Shown: piece by piece, positions 10,626 to 24,200 of the stretch
Layout of the letters: each line of letters opens with the position of its first letter
Position numbering within the stretch: position 1 is the stretch's first letter
Assembly: GCA_030141605.1 (NCBI GenBank)
Contig: JAQGDQ010000371.1
Span: 1 to 64,000, forward strand
Length of the DNA: 64,000 nt
Reading direction: 5' to 3'
DNA from: Tubiluchus corallicola
Taxonomy: Eukaryota; Animalia; Priapulida
Notes under the pieces: model-generated
The model's database searches: none
What the model was told of the DNA's origin: nothing
Seen by the model: the letters and a program-made list of their open reading frames with translations, nothing else
Position numbers and translations under genes: made by a program

Positions 10626-12605
10626 AGCAAATGCTACGAAATGTTTATAAGAAAATCTCAAACTCAGAAAAATTTGTAGTTTTGGTGCACAACTTGCACT
10701 AAATAATTATTTATACTGTTAATGTCAAGATCGTTATTAATGATGCTGAATTGATTGGCCAGTTATAAGAGATTCATTTCGGACTGTCATGATCGATGGG
10801 GAATACAGTACTTTGGTGGTCATGGTACATGCCGAAGTTAATAGTAAGCATAAGATTCATAGTTCAAATCCAGGCTGTGTTCCACTTTTTCACATTTCGG
10901 GTTTTACAAGTTTAATTTTTAATTTAATTAACTATGTGTATCTACCATCAATGGGCATGGTATTGTTCTTTTATGAACACGTAACTACGAAAAAAAAACG
11001 TAAAAAAAATTCGAGCATGCGTACTCAGGAGTTCTCAAATAACACGCAGAAAGAGTCCAGGGGTTTCTTATTTCAAAACATGCTTCTTGGGCTAACAGGT
11101 TAGTATAATCATATTTTCTTTGTTATATTGTGCACTATACATGCACACTCATGATACAATAATACAGTCCATTAAATTTTGATCTGCTACCCTGCTGGCA
11201 GAAGAAGAAGAAGAAGAAGAAGACGGCCCAAATTATCATACTACACACACTGTGGTATGCAAATGTAGAGGTTTGCAAAAATATACCAAAAAGTTCTTTA
11301 CCAACTTGATATAATATGATCATAATTTATTCTTAACGTCACAGCATCAAGTCCTTATCTTCATTTTGGCTCATTAAAAGTAACAAACAAAATCGAAATA
11401 AAGGCCCGAAATTTTTAAACGCACATTTGGAAATCTGTATTAATCTTCCACGTCTAACACAGCCCTACGACCTGCAGGTGGTTCCAGTTGGGAGGTTACG
11501 ACGTAATTTATGACCATGCCCTTTTGTGTACGTCACCCACCCCCCGATTTACAGGTACGCATGAGAAATTAACTCTTGCCCGCTACGCGACCCAGGTAAC
11601 AAAATTGCCATTTAAAATAATGCATTACTCAGATAAAAACGATATAGCAAACGCAATATCTAGGCGCATTGGTCAATGACCAAGCCACTGCTGGGCTGAG
11701 AGTGACCAAGCATGCAGAACCGCTGTAATATCAGGGTCATTAAATCAGATATATCATAAACACTTGTTTCTTAGGTCATCGACAGAGTTGCGATCGTCTT
11801 AACGATGCGCATCCGATTTGTCTTGCAAATTTGTAAACACATCGTAATTATAAGCTAAGTAAACATTTCAAACAAAGAGTCAGTCGTGCATTACTATGCA
11901 TCTCATCGTGAGCGAGGCAGCATGAATAAACCAACTCGCAAATAATGCCAATCCCCACAAAAATATTTCTCGAAGTTTAGTAGGATGTAATTTCGAGTTT
12001 TGATTAATCAGAAAATTATCTGTAATACATTTACCCAGACATTTCTTCAGCTTTGAGCCTCTGAGTTTCCAGACAGACTTATCACACGAAACAGGGAATA
12101 GGAAATAGTTGGCTAGTATTCATAGCTTTATTAGTACTTTTACAATTAGAATAAATTTCAGTTGTAGACATAGACGTAGAACATTTATTTTCTCCAATAT
12201 AGAGTTTTACAGCAAAAGTTTGTCAAATATTAAGTAATTATAATCATGCAGCAGGGCAGGGAAGGAACATAGGGTCATTTAGTCTCCTGCCCTTTCTTAT
12301 AAATACTTAATAGATTAAAAATAAACGGTGAAGCTGCAGATAACAAAAAATAAGAAAAAAAATAGTAGAAATGCTACAAATTATCAAAAAATAACTGAAA
12401 ACAAAAAATAATAAAGCTAAATACATAAATTTAAACAAAACAATGCAATTATTCAGTAATTAGGATTATTATATGTAGTAGTAGTAGTAGTAGTAGTAGT
12501 AGTATTAAAGTAGTAGTTTCAAATCGGGTCTTATTAACAGGGGAATTTGACCATGGTTAGCGTGAGTAAAGTTAAAAATTAAGAGTATGGAAAAAAATAA
12601 GCATG

Positions 12606-12964
12606 AAAAAAGACTGTCATATAGAAAAATTCATGAGAAAAACACAGTTTTTGTGTAGTTGTTTTACACAGTAAATGTTTATGTAAGTTATAGGGGAGGG
12701 TGTTTATGTAAGTTATAGGGGAGGTGCAGGAAAACAATGGTGACGGCAAACGTCACTAGACAAAGTTGTATGCAAATGATGTAGACATAGTATAATGATT
12801 GTTTGTGTGACAAGAACATTTGCATACAACTTTGTCTAGTGACGTTTGCTGTCACCATTGTTTTCCTGCGCCTCCCCTATAACTTACATAAACATTTACC
12901 GTGTAAAACAACTACACAAAAACTGTGTTTTTCTCATGAATTTTTCTATATGACAGTCTTTTTT
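12606..12964. repeat. Near-perfect long palindrome (148-bp arms, 38-nt spacer), foldback/MITE-like
   Basis: 12606-12778 is the reverse complement of 12817-12964 apart from 3 substitutions and a 25-bp tandem duplication in the left arm. Confidence 0.95.
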
Positions 12965-13715
12965 AGTTTAGTTTAATTTAAACTTTATTTATTTATAGTG
13001 TATTTACAAAACAGACCGAGTCTGATACAGGTATCTCTACGGTGCAAGTGCTAATAAAAGATTAATGGACATCACAACTAATAATTATCACACTCAATTT
13101 CATAAAACATTCAACTACAGTCAACAGATGGGGATTAGACGTGCATACACGCACAGTATAAACACAATATTTTAATAACGACAGTAATAATAAAAATACA
13201 TTTACAAAGTAAGTTAGCTGATTAATCATATAACATTAAATTCTATTGTATTGTAAAGCGAAAGGTTGATTTAATAAACTGCTGTAATAAACTATGGATA
13301 TTAAAACAAGATGGGGGACCAGTTTTGAATTTTTCTAATATGTTTCTGTATAGGACTACAGGATTAAGATTTCGTTAAGGATTCGCGTGTTACAATCTGG
13401 TGGTCGAGTAGGTCGTCTAATAAAACCGTTCTAGCTCTGTCATATTTTACGCATTCGAAAAAGTAATGGAAAGAACTTTCTATAAAATCACCGCAGATAC
13501 ATTTGGGGTCAATTATGCTTCTAATAAAAAAGTCACCTTTTAACAGAGAAAAATTTGTAATGCATCCATTTGTGAATATTTCGTTAGCTCGATCATTACG
13601 TATCGAGGACATAATATTTTTGCGGGAAGATTCCAAAAGGGAAGTGTTTTGTTTTTGAACGTTTTACAAGGTCAGAGGCGAGGACTTAGGACAATGAAAG
13701 AATTAGGAGATCTAT
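12965..13715 (-). mobile_element. 5'-truncated CR1/L2-group LINE with C-terminal CxC...H....C motif and (aaact)n-like tail
   Basis: ORF 13636-13364 contains LKGDFFIRSIIDPKCICGDFIESSFHYFFECVKYDRARTVL; minus-strand 3' end aataaataaagtttaaattaaactaaactaaa. Confidence 0.8.
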
Positions 13716-16043
13716 ATTGAACTGCTGGTGGCGCCTCGCCACCCGGGGGTGGTTCGGTCCTGCAGGTACGGAAGCGGAGCAACCTAATAAAGATTTCCAC
13801 ATGACCACAATTAAACAAAGATGAATTAAATAATGACTATTGTGTTGCTCACTAACTTGAAAGAGATTTAAATATTTGAAGACCTAAACTAACTGTGACA
13901 AGATTTTAGACAAATTGATGAAAAGCAGAACAAAGAAATAAAGTGGAGAGACTGGTACCTAACTTTCCATATAGCGAGTAGTAAGAGAGCTCTAAGTCTG
14001 ATGGAGGAAACACAAGCACAAGAAATACCAACTCTGCACGACCCGATTACCACTCCAAACTACAGCAGGTTTTTACCCAAAGTTCTTACTGTTACATTTT
14101 CGAATGTGTAACAAATGACAGAGCTAGAACGGCATTATTAGACGACCTACTCGACTTGAGTTTAAATTTCGAATTTTCCTCGGCATAATTAGATTCTACT
14201 TGATTTGATAAAAGAAAAACATTCTCATAGCAACTGCCCTGTTAACCTTTAAACTTACTAAAAAACAAACAGAAAAAACCTGAACCGCCTCTTCAAACGT
14301 CAAAAGACCCGCCCCCGGGGCCCACCCATAATGTTAAAATGGAAATCATGATTAAATAACAGCGATGTTTGGGTATAAGTAAAGCTTTCCTGGCGCCTTC
14401 GAGGTTTAAGTAAACATCAAAAAAATCAATTTTATTTTCCCACAAAAAATTACAAGCAAAGTTGTACGGCAAATCTGCAGGACGCAACATGAAGACACGA
14501 ACAAGGGACAAAGCTGCGAAAATTCAACATTTAAGTTATAATTTTAGAATAAAAGCAAAGTATTTCAGAAAGCAAGGACCTGAAGTCGACAAAATAACAT
14601 CAAGCAGTCGCAACAATGTTAATAAACTGTAATTTTACAACCATTAAGCCAATTTATTATTTAAGCTTAAACATTAACCGTTAATGCTCGAATGCTCACG
14701 TTTTATTCTCGAATTATCTTTGCTAGTTTGCTAAGAATGCAGTAATGGACACCTTTGTAATAGATTAGGGTGTTTGACATTACTATAATACACCTGCTTA
14801 ATTTAGTTATAGACGAACAGGTGGTGGTTAGCTCTAATTCGAATGAATGACAGAAAGCTCCCTCTATTTTGCTAAATCGTTGTTGTTTATATTTGTCGCA
14901 GACGTCTGGATATAAATTCTCATAAGGCCACGACTTCTCTGATGACCACATTATGCTTCTTGTCTTCTCTTTTAGCGTGTTGTGTGTTTCTGTTCGTGTT
15001 AGTGTACACGAATGTTTGTCCTTGTCATGTATTCATTAGGTGGAGAATGTTATGCCAAGATCAGCAGTAATTTTTCTGCTTATGCAGTGACCCAATAAAG
15101 AAAATATTTAGCGGAGTTGACTCTCTTCATTTTTACACGAAACTAATGAGAAGTTGCATAAAAATATGGGGAGCAAACAGCGTCTACAATGGACAGAATT
15201 CTTCATGCGAACGCGAAAAAGCAGAAACGCTGAATAATTCTTAGCAGAATGGTGAATAAAAATGTTCTAGAATAAATAATCTTATTGACAAAATATACGA
15301 AGATGAACAATCGAAATCACCGCCCTGGCCCGACGCGACATTCCACGACCAGTTTTTATAGCCGAAAATGGATAAAAACATGAGATGTCACAGGAAAAAG
15401 AGTTAAAGGCCTGTCTGTAAAAAACCTGTTTGGTTGCTTAGCCTTTATTTTCCCTAACTGGCTTATGTATGTATCTGGGGTCATTTGGCAGTGAAATTAC
15501 AGACGGAATTTTTTTCCTGTTTGATGGAGTCTACAGGGGGAAATTGGAGGGTGACCGGATCCATTCCAATCACACAGGGATGCGGTCCCAATAAATAATT
15601 TAGTTTGACAACTTAGTAGACAATTTGTAAGATAATTTTATTCAGATGTCTAGGCCGGGATACCTGACCTATTCCGTTGGTTTGTTATGTTATGATAACG
15701 TATCGTGAAGTCTTCCCAAGATCTGAAATTTCAAATTTTCACTTACACGTGACTCATTATGGATACGCCACGTCCTTATCGACGAAACAGTGTTTTGGCT
15801 AGTATATATTATAGGAATCGTGACACTTTCTTTGCAATTGTGATAAATTACGCACTGTCAAGCGCTTACAAACTTGTGTTGCTGTGAAAAGAAATTACCA
15901 TCAACGGAATTTCAATTTTTTTCTTTGCTCACAAGGATAATTGCAAAACGTTGGGGTTTTACTTGCATTCCTCATTCGTCGCGCATAATGTGAATTTGCC
16001 AAAAGTAACGAATTTTTAGTGTAGGTAAACATACATATAAATA

Positions 16044-16526
16044 CCGTATTTTCCCATGTATAAGAGACCCTTGTGTATAAGAGACCCCTTCAATTTTTAG
16101 GCAAAAATTCTGGAAAAAAGTTTTTTGGTAATGAATAACTTTATTCATCATAGAAATCATTAAATTCCTCATCACTCTCATCAAAAATATCAACTGGAGT
16201 CAGACCTTCAGCAATTCCAGCCAGTTCATCATCAGAGGAGTCACTCTGCTCAAAAATGGCATTGTCCTCTTTTGACATTTAAAAAAATAATAACTTACCC
16301 GGTACATTAATTTTATCATTAGAATTTAGCCATGGAGAAGATTTATTGAAAGGAAACTATAATTATTCGAAATAAAACAGTTGTAGAGCACTTATTTCTT
16401 TAAAATCATTAGTGTCACAATTTATGCATCTTATTGAAAAGACTTACTCCCATGTATAAGAGACCCCCTATTTTTAAAGTGAAAATTCTGAGCAAAAAGG
16501 GGTCTCTTATACACGGGAAAATACGG
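16044..16526. mobile_element. Non-autonomous Tc1/mariner-superfamily (pogo/Tc2-like) element
   Basis: 27-bp TIRs ccgtattttccc(a/g)tgtataagagaccc with 1 mismatch; TA on both sides (16042-43, 16527-28); internal repeats of tgtataagagaccc. Confidence 0.9.
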
Positions 16527-17295
16527 TAGTTTAGTTCACACGCCATGTTTCGCTGCGTGCTTTAATTCCTTTAGGTCTATATCTTAGCATTTTAAGTTGT
16601 ATAGTAATTCTGCCTGTATCAAATAATCAATAAACTTATCATTATTACTATTATTATTAAAACACATAGAAGAACATGAAACTAATTCACATAGACACTT
16701 CGTATTATTTTCGTTGCATTAAGTAGTTCCGCTTCTACGGTTTTTCAAGTCAAATTAATTAATCCGAAAATGTTGTAATAATTTATCTTAATCTGTTGCT
16801 TTTCATTTTATCTATACAACTCCTTTCGAGCGTGGATTAAGTAAACCTGCGCGCTTTGTAAACCAGTACGCTTTGAAGTCAAACCATACTCTCCTAGTTT
16901 AATAATTGGACTGCTACTCTGGTGGCAGAACATTTTAGGTTAGCCAGCTGATCTATGAAATACCAACGATAGGCCTGTATATATGCGCATGTCGCACGCG
17001 GAATGTGCGGTGAATATACGTGCGGATGACGCAGCGAAAGTAGTTCCACAATGCGGTACGAAAGATGGATATTCCGAAATAAAAATCAATAAAAACTGTC
17101 CGCACTTATTCCTTTAGTTGTGACAGTTATTTTAAATTTGCCAGATCAACCGCACCAATTCCCGCTATCGCACATCCGTGACTCATGTAAACGAACCTTA
17201 ATACTACTATATAATACTAATACTAATATTAATAATAATAATATAGATACTAATGCTAATACTTAATAATAAAACACTATATGCAATATATTACA

Positions 17296-17620
17296 ATATT
17301 CTTTATTTGCCATAGAACTGCATTACAATAAAATGAAAATCTTCCAGTATTAAAAATATTTGTACACATTACGAGACACTGCTAAAGGCAAATGCGTCCA
17401 GTACAAAACGAATTACTGCTAGTGCACAAAAATGAAACCAAAATGAATAATTCGATACACAGATTCACACACACACATAGGTACAATAGGTACATAATAC
17501 AATGCACTGGCACAATACGATACAATAGTAAAACACATAAACGTAGGACAAAAAATTACATCAAATTATCTTGATACACTCATTGACGAACGAACAAAGG
17601 CCGACACAACTTCAAAAATC
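17296..17620 (-). mobile_element. Probable LINE 3' UTR remnant
   Basis: Plus strand begins ctttatt (AATAAAG on minus) beside an AT-rich simple repeat, followed by strand-biased A/C-rich sequence typical of reversed LINE 3' ends. Confidence 0.35.
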
Positions 17621-17735
17621 CATCTTATGATTAGTTTCAAATCATGTAGTAAAATTTCAGTACTTTTTGTTCGGCTAGGAGTCTATTTACTTTCATTTTT
17701 ATATATCTAAATGATATATTGGATATATATATATA

Positions 17736-17840
17736 TCCAATTTTACCTTCCTAGTTCCCATTTACAGTTTAGTTTACGTAAAGATTTTTACCTATATATA
17801 AAATAAACTGCAAATGGGAACTAGCAGGGAAGAAATTGGA
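17736..17840. repeat. ~105-bp imperfect hairpin
   Basis: tccaattttaccttcctagttcccatttacagttta pairs with taaactgcaaatgggaactagcagggaagaaattgga. Confidence 0.8.
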
Positions 17841-20483
17841 CGTAAGAGCTAGCTCACAGGATTTGTATGCTACTACTTCACTCATTTTTGCCAATAGAGA
17901 ACACTTCGGTCCTGCTGTGGTTTTTAGATACTAATACACAGCTGCTGTTAAGTTCAGAAGTATCTCGCTGGCTTAGATACCAGTTACAATGAAGTCATAA
18001 TAAATGGCCATCTTTTACACTGCTGAAAATTTTCAACAGAAGGTTTTGAATAGTTTGACAGGCCAATTTTATAGGACGGGAACTATCGTAGAGCAGTGTA
18101 TGACATTTTACACTGAAATGCTTCTCCCAAAGTGTTTTTGCTACAATTCTTATTTTCACTCTTGTATGTTTGACCACTTAAATGCCTGAAAGCAAGATAG
18201 TGAGATACAAGGAGTGTTAAAGGAAAACCGGACGATTGTGTAAACATTAGTTCAGGAATAAAGAATGCTCTGAATATTGAAAACTACAATAGCTTTTGTT
18301 AAATCAAAGCTTAGATTAAATAATAATTACTTCGGATACTCAAATTTTGTTAAACTTTCAAAGCTACGCGCGGCTCAGTAAATCTAGTAAGATTGGCAAC
18401 GGCGCCTTTTTGTCACATTCACGTGGCCGACAAATAGAAGGCGGTTCTGTGATAACCATGATCATGAACTGCAGTGTTAGTTTCTGACGTCTTTTGACGT
18501 AAAGGTCACTTTCGTGACATCACACGTTTACGCAGCAACACTTACGCAAAAGTGCTTGACGCGTAAGGGAAGATACCTGCCATTGCACAAACTGTGATTA
18601 GTTTCTGACGTACGCGATAGCATTAACTTTCTAAGCTAATTATTCAAATATAAGAAACAATTGCTAACTTTTATAGGCAAGAAAATGTATATTTTGGACA
18701 GTAAATTAAAATGGGATTGAGTCTAAACAATCGTAGGGTTTTCCTTTAAGCTTTTAGACACTTCTTATATGCCGGAAAGTGAGATAATGAAGTACAAGGA
18801 AGTGTTAAGGTTAAGAGACTCTGGATTGAGAGTCTAAGCCTGTTTAACCCCGCATAGATTTGTGTTGATAATTAGTCAACTGGTTGGCACCTTAACCAAA
18901 ACAGACAAATACAGCTTTGTTGGAAAATCACTAAATTACGGGTCAGTGTCGAGTTAAAATTACTGACTGCTGCTAATCTGCACACATGCACTTTATTTGA
19001 ATACTATGCACAAAAACGTCAGTAATTGCTGTCTGGACTATAGAGACGTGTTTGGTTCATGGCTATAATTATGCTAAATCTATACAGAGCACATGTACGA
19101 AAATAATGCGCTAAAATACCTTCCTGTAGATTCTAGCGTTTTAAATCAGGCGCTATTATAATCACCAGGCAAAAGAGTGGTATTTTTAAGGAAATTACAG
19201 ACTGAAGCTAAAGAAAAAAGTAGATGCGTCTGCACCTCTATATTTAGTAAACTGCTCGTGTTAAAAGCTAACTGGTGTATACGGATTTTATTTAATTAAT
19301 ATAAAAACTTACATATTACAAGAAACCCATAATGGCTCTCAAATTTCTGATTAACAGGGATTCAGCAAAGCCGCAACTTTCCGAAAAGAATGCCAAAAAT
19401 TATGCAAAATAAATTATATAAGTTTACGTCTTGACTGAAGCGCCTGTTGCGCGTAAAATGAATTACATGCCGTCTTGTTAATTAACATAAAAATCTCTTT
19501 ATCTCATACACTATAATCATTGTCGCTACCGATTTACGGTTAACTAACTTTAACACAACATTAAAGGAAAAAAAATTGAAAAATACTAATAATTATTTAC
19601 GATTAATTTTTAACGTGGTTTTGATGGTTTGTGTAAGGAGAATTTTGGCTTAAACAGCAATTCCATCAATGTAGCGAGCCAACAGTGACCACTACAAACC
19701 ACGCCATAATCTAAAAGTCTTATACATAATGCTTTTGTATAGACTTATGCCAGAACTGCCTCATAGCCTAATATGTTTCATTCTTATAAATTTATAAAGT
19801 GTGTATATGAGTCGTTCCTGTTGTACTGTTACCTCACTAGTCTGTGCTGTTACCTAGTCATTCCTGTTATTGCCCAAAATTTCTCTATAGTTCTGAAACA
19901 GAATCTTCTTCATTTCAGAATCATCGACTGAGCAGTGAAGTGTCACATCTAATTCATTTTTATAACCATTACATTTCTACAATGTGATGTTTTCATCCTT
20001 CCTCGTAAATGAGCTGCGTCCATTCGAGATGCATGTCAGATGCAAACACTGCCCAACAAACGTGAAAACCAGTTCAACGTATAAAAAGATTGCATTTGTA
20101 TAAAAATTTGAGCAGATATTTATAGCAAGGGACAAAAAATATATTTTAGAAGACCATTGGTTTATGACACTGCTTGATGTTCATAGGTTGTATTGCACAC
20201 CTTTTGTCTGTAACAGTAATGACAAAAGTAATTATTCAGATAACTTTAAAATGGTCATAGTAAATTTTTACAAGTGTTTTAAGCTCTGTCAGTATCCTTT
20301 TTGTATACAAGTGGACCTTATTAATAACATGGAAAATAACTTTAAGAACATCTTTCCAGTCATTTAGCAGATTTTTTTTCACATCTGTTTTGCACGTTCT
20401 GTAGAGAATGACCCAAATAAGCTTATATAAGAGCGAATTCATCTTAGGTATTGTTTTCCTCTCCTACAGTTCCAATCCTTCCC

Positions 20484-20493
20484 GCGCATGCGC
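20484..20493. promoter_or_regulatory. NRF1/Ewg palindrome GCGCATGCGC (near-match ACGCATGCGCA at 21546-21556)
   Basis: Exact consensus in AT-rich surroundings. Confidence 0.35.
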
Positions 20494-20988
20494 AGTCACA
20501 AACACTCGCACATGAAAGAATAAAGCAATTCAAACAAATTCGCTGGTTGATCGGCAATGCAAAATTCAGCCAGGTTGTTTACCGACTTAACCCGATCCGA
20601 CTGCAGAACCTGTTATCAACGGTAATTACTTCTGATTCGAAAATTTTTATTCATTCGATCAATCTGCGCCATAATGAATCCATTATGCTAGAATTTAATT
20701 TCTTCTGCATAAAGCTTGCTTCTGACTGGTTTTAATACTTCTCTTCTTTGTAGCAAGAGACACAATAGATCTCCTCTATTACTCATGCAAGCAAAAAATC
20801 TTGGCCGTTGACTTGATCTAAATCTGAGTTTAGTATTTACGTACAAATGTAAACCGAATTAAACGCATAGAAATTCTCGATACAGCTGTTATTAAACGTT
20901 AAGCTGTAACGGAACGAATGACGAGAAGGTAGCGATTCACTCTGTTCACGAAAACAAAGTTTTAACACATTCCGACTTTTATTCATTA

Positions 20989-21275
20989 ATTCAATTCAAT
21001 TCACTTTTATTCCAGACCTAAAATCCATATAAAAATACACATGCAAGCTAAATATAATATATATAAGACATTACGACTACACATTAAAACGTAAAATTAA
21101 AATTACTGAAATTACAAGAAAAAACATGCAACTACAACAAACACACATACAAAAGGACGCTATTTACAAAATTATATACAAAAGACAATACACACGTCAT
21201 TAATAGGTCATCCTCACTAAAGCAAATAAAACGTTAGAGCAGTTATTAATACGAACACGCTATGAATTTATTTTT
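20989..21275 (-). mobile_element. Probable LINE 3' end with (ttgaa)n tail
   Basis: Plus strand ttcaattcaattcacttttattcc (AATAAA then ttgaa repeats on minus), followed by A/C-biased sequence. Confidence 0.4.
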
Positions 21276-24200
21276 GCATGCTTAAATGTTCTTCTAGCAT
21301 AAATAAGAAATAATAATCACGTTGGTCAGTATTAGTTGCAGAAGTTATGTACATATTGCCGAGTCGTCACGGTAAGTTTTGGCTACAAAGTTAAGCAGTG
21401 CTAGCTCTCGTTAGTAAACAAATTGTGTCTGCTAAGTGACTGCATCTAGCCGGTTTCATCTGCTATACTGCCTTCCGCAAGGCCCCTTCAAAAAACGGGT
21501 GCTTGGTCTTCCCAAATTTCCCAACAATTTTTCACGCTGAGGAGTACGCATGCGCATTCCAACATGATGAAAACTGCTGCAGGTCCAATATCTGAGAGCA
21601 TCTTAGAAGAACAGCATAAGAAAACACAATAATTACATAAAGCTAAAATTTCGTTTTAAAATTTTGCACCACCCACACATTGTCTTATTGCATACAGAGC
21701 TTGCATTAGCAGTATAAACCATTAAAATTAAAAAAACTCTCGCGGCAACCGTTAGCCACAGCCATCTTAACGGTAAGTCGTTTCAAACAAGTTTAGATAA
21801 TAATGTCCAAAGTTTGAAAGAATAAGTAGCGCACACTTCACTAACTAAAGAAAAGTATAAATTAATTTATCTTGTCAATAAGATTAGTAACATATTTTCT
21901 GGAAAGCCAGTATGGTTTTATGGTGCATACCGGGATAGTGAATCAGTGACGTTTCAGAAGCTGATGCGAACATTTTAAATTATTAAGTACTTTCTTTTGC
22001 AGTTACGTATCTCAGGTAAGCATAATGCAAAGTAATATAACTTTGCAAGAAAAGTTTTTTGATACAGACTCTAAAGTTCTCTCTTCTTTCCCTTTAATAA
22101 GTGGAAAGATCCAGTCCAGCTACACCCATTTATAAATTGGAAAGAAAAATAGGCAGGTTTTCAGACTAAACCTCACTTTGGTTTATGTAAAACCAAAATG
22201 TCACTTAGAAATACAACGACAACCACAGATGACGTCACAGCTGGGGAAAATATTTCAATGGCGGAGACTTTCTATAAGCAGTGCTGCACTGTTGTGTGAC
22301 AATGTCAGCGAAATAAAAACTGGGTGAAATTCAAAAATTGAATTTCAAGTTGACGGCTGGCTAACGCTCGGACTTCACGAGGCCGCCCCGACGCCATGAA
22401 TGGGATGTGTTCCACTGATCAAGTCGCAACACGTTTCCGGGACGCAAGCTTTGTCCGGCTCTTGTGTGGCTGAGAGTAGGCTACAAGAACTAAAGAAATT
22501 ACCTCAACTTATGCTGAGACGTATGACCATGAATACTAGTTGGCAGGGAAAAAATCTGACGTGCACGGGGAACAAACACCCCACGGATAATGAAAGTGAT
22601 TCAAAAATGCGCGTATAAGAAAACTTGGTGTGTTTTCGCGTCTTCGTACCAATCTAAACTGATCTAGACATTTCGAGGTAAACTGTGAAAGGTCATGAGC
22701 ACATAATGCACTTGGTTCCACAAAATTAAATACCAGCATTTGCATAGGCAGTCATTCGGAAAATTGTTAATAACAGTGCTGTAACGAACTGCTCCATACA
22801 AGCAACATAGCTGAAATTTAACTAAAGGCGATGGCAGAAACAATTTAAGGAGCAATTTAAGCCAAAACAATCAAATCATGTACTACGCTCAGAATCTAAG
22901 CATTCTGATTCTTATTATAAAAAGTTCCCAACGTAAGACTTATTCTAAAACAATGTATCTTCAACGTGACAGCACGTGTATGCAAAAATGCGTCTTGAGT
23001 CTCCAAGGTCAAGCCAACCAATCAGCACAAATACGCAATCTCACGCTGCAGGTATTTTTTTCAAATCCTGCTCCTCATCTCGCAAAGGAGGGGTTACAGC
23101 CTCAGGAAAAAAGTGTAAGGAAATCGGGAAAGAGGTGGCTACACGGAGTTCATATACAGACAGGAACTAAAGCGTCTTCTACTTAAAACTAAAAATGTTA
23201 CGCAACCGGGTAAAACGGACAATGGTCTCGAATGTCACCAATTTATCAAGGAAAATCTTACAGGGAATGTAGGTTTGCATGGTTCGGTGTAGGGCCAGTC
23301 TAGTTCCACCCCTTCTGAATAAAGACGTCTACAGGGTTACAGGCTGTGAGGCGCAAGCACCAAGGCCGGTTTTTTCAGTATTCATGTTTATGCAAAACTA
23401 TGTGGGTATAGCTTAATTTGCTTTTCTTCGCATGCAAAGCTGGTGTTGGCAGTCGACTGGGCAAGGAAAAAAGCTGCATATATCAGCACGTGAATAACAT
23501 TTTGTATTTTTGCAGGCTGTACCATGGTAACAAGAAATGGTCTGTTGAAGAGAAATGGACAGGGTCTATTCACTGCAGAAGGAATAATCTAAACGCCAGC
23601 TCAGACATATGACTATTGTCCACCAACCAGACTGATACATACGGGCGTGTGGTGTGAGAAATGACGTTCTCAAGTGGCCATTATTTCGACGATGATTTTA
23701 AAATGCACACGTCAACTCTTTCCCTACTTTAAATTCTGCAAGTACAGTCAAAATAACATTCCTGCCAGCCCAACTCATTCAAGCCATCAGCGAGACAATA
23801 GCGCAGATTTCGATAATAAGGTCCAGGAGGCTGACACTTTCAAAAACAGATGAACATGGCAATTAAAATTTGACAGACGCATGCAATCAATCACGACTAA
23901 TTATGGCGGTCGGAGACGATATTATAAGGCCACATAAAGGCAAATATAATATAATAGGTCTTTTATATAATAGGGCATATAAAGAACGCTGTCACGGCTT
24001 AGATGAAGTGTAAAATTTTCAAACCATGGAGACACGTACCAGACTCAAATCAGATGCAATACTTTTTATAAAAGTTCAGCAGTTGGCTAACATTGCACAA
24101 TATTAGTAAAACAATACTGGCATACATGAACAATCAGTCTTTTCTGAAAGGCATACTTACAATAATACAATCATTCCCATAAGCGTTTTATGATAAGTAT

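Noticed and set aside
22400-23186. GC-richer region with several short ORFs
   Set aside because: The candidate splice-bounded segment tested (~22654-22503, minus) has stops in all frames; no domain recognised.
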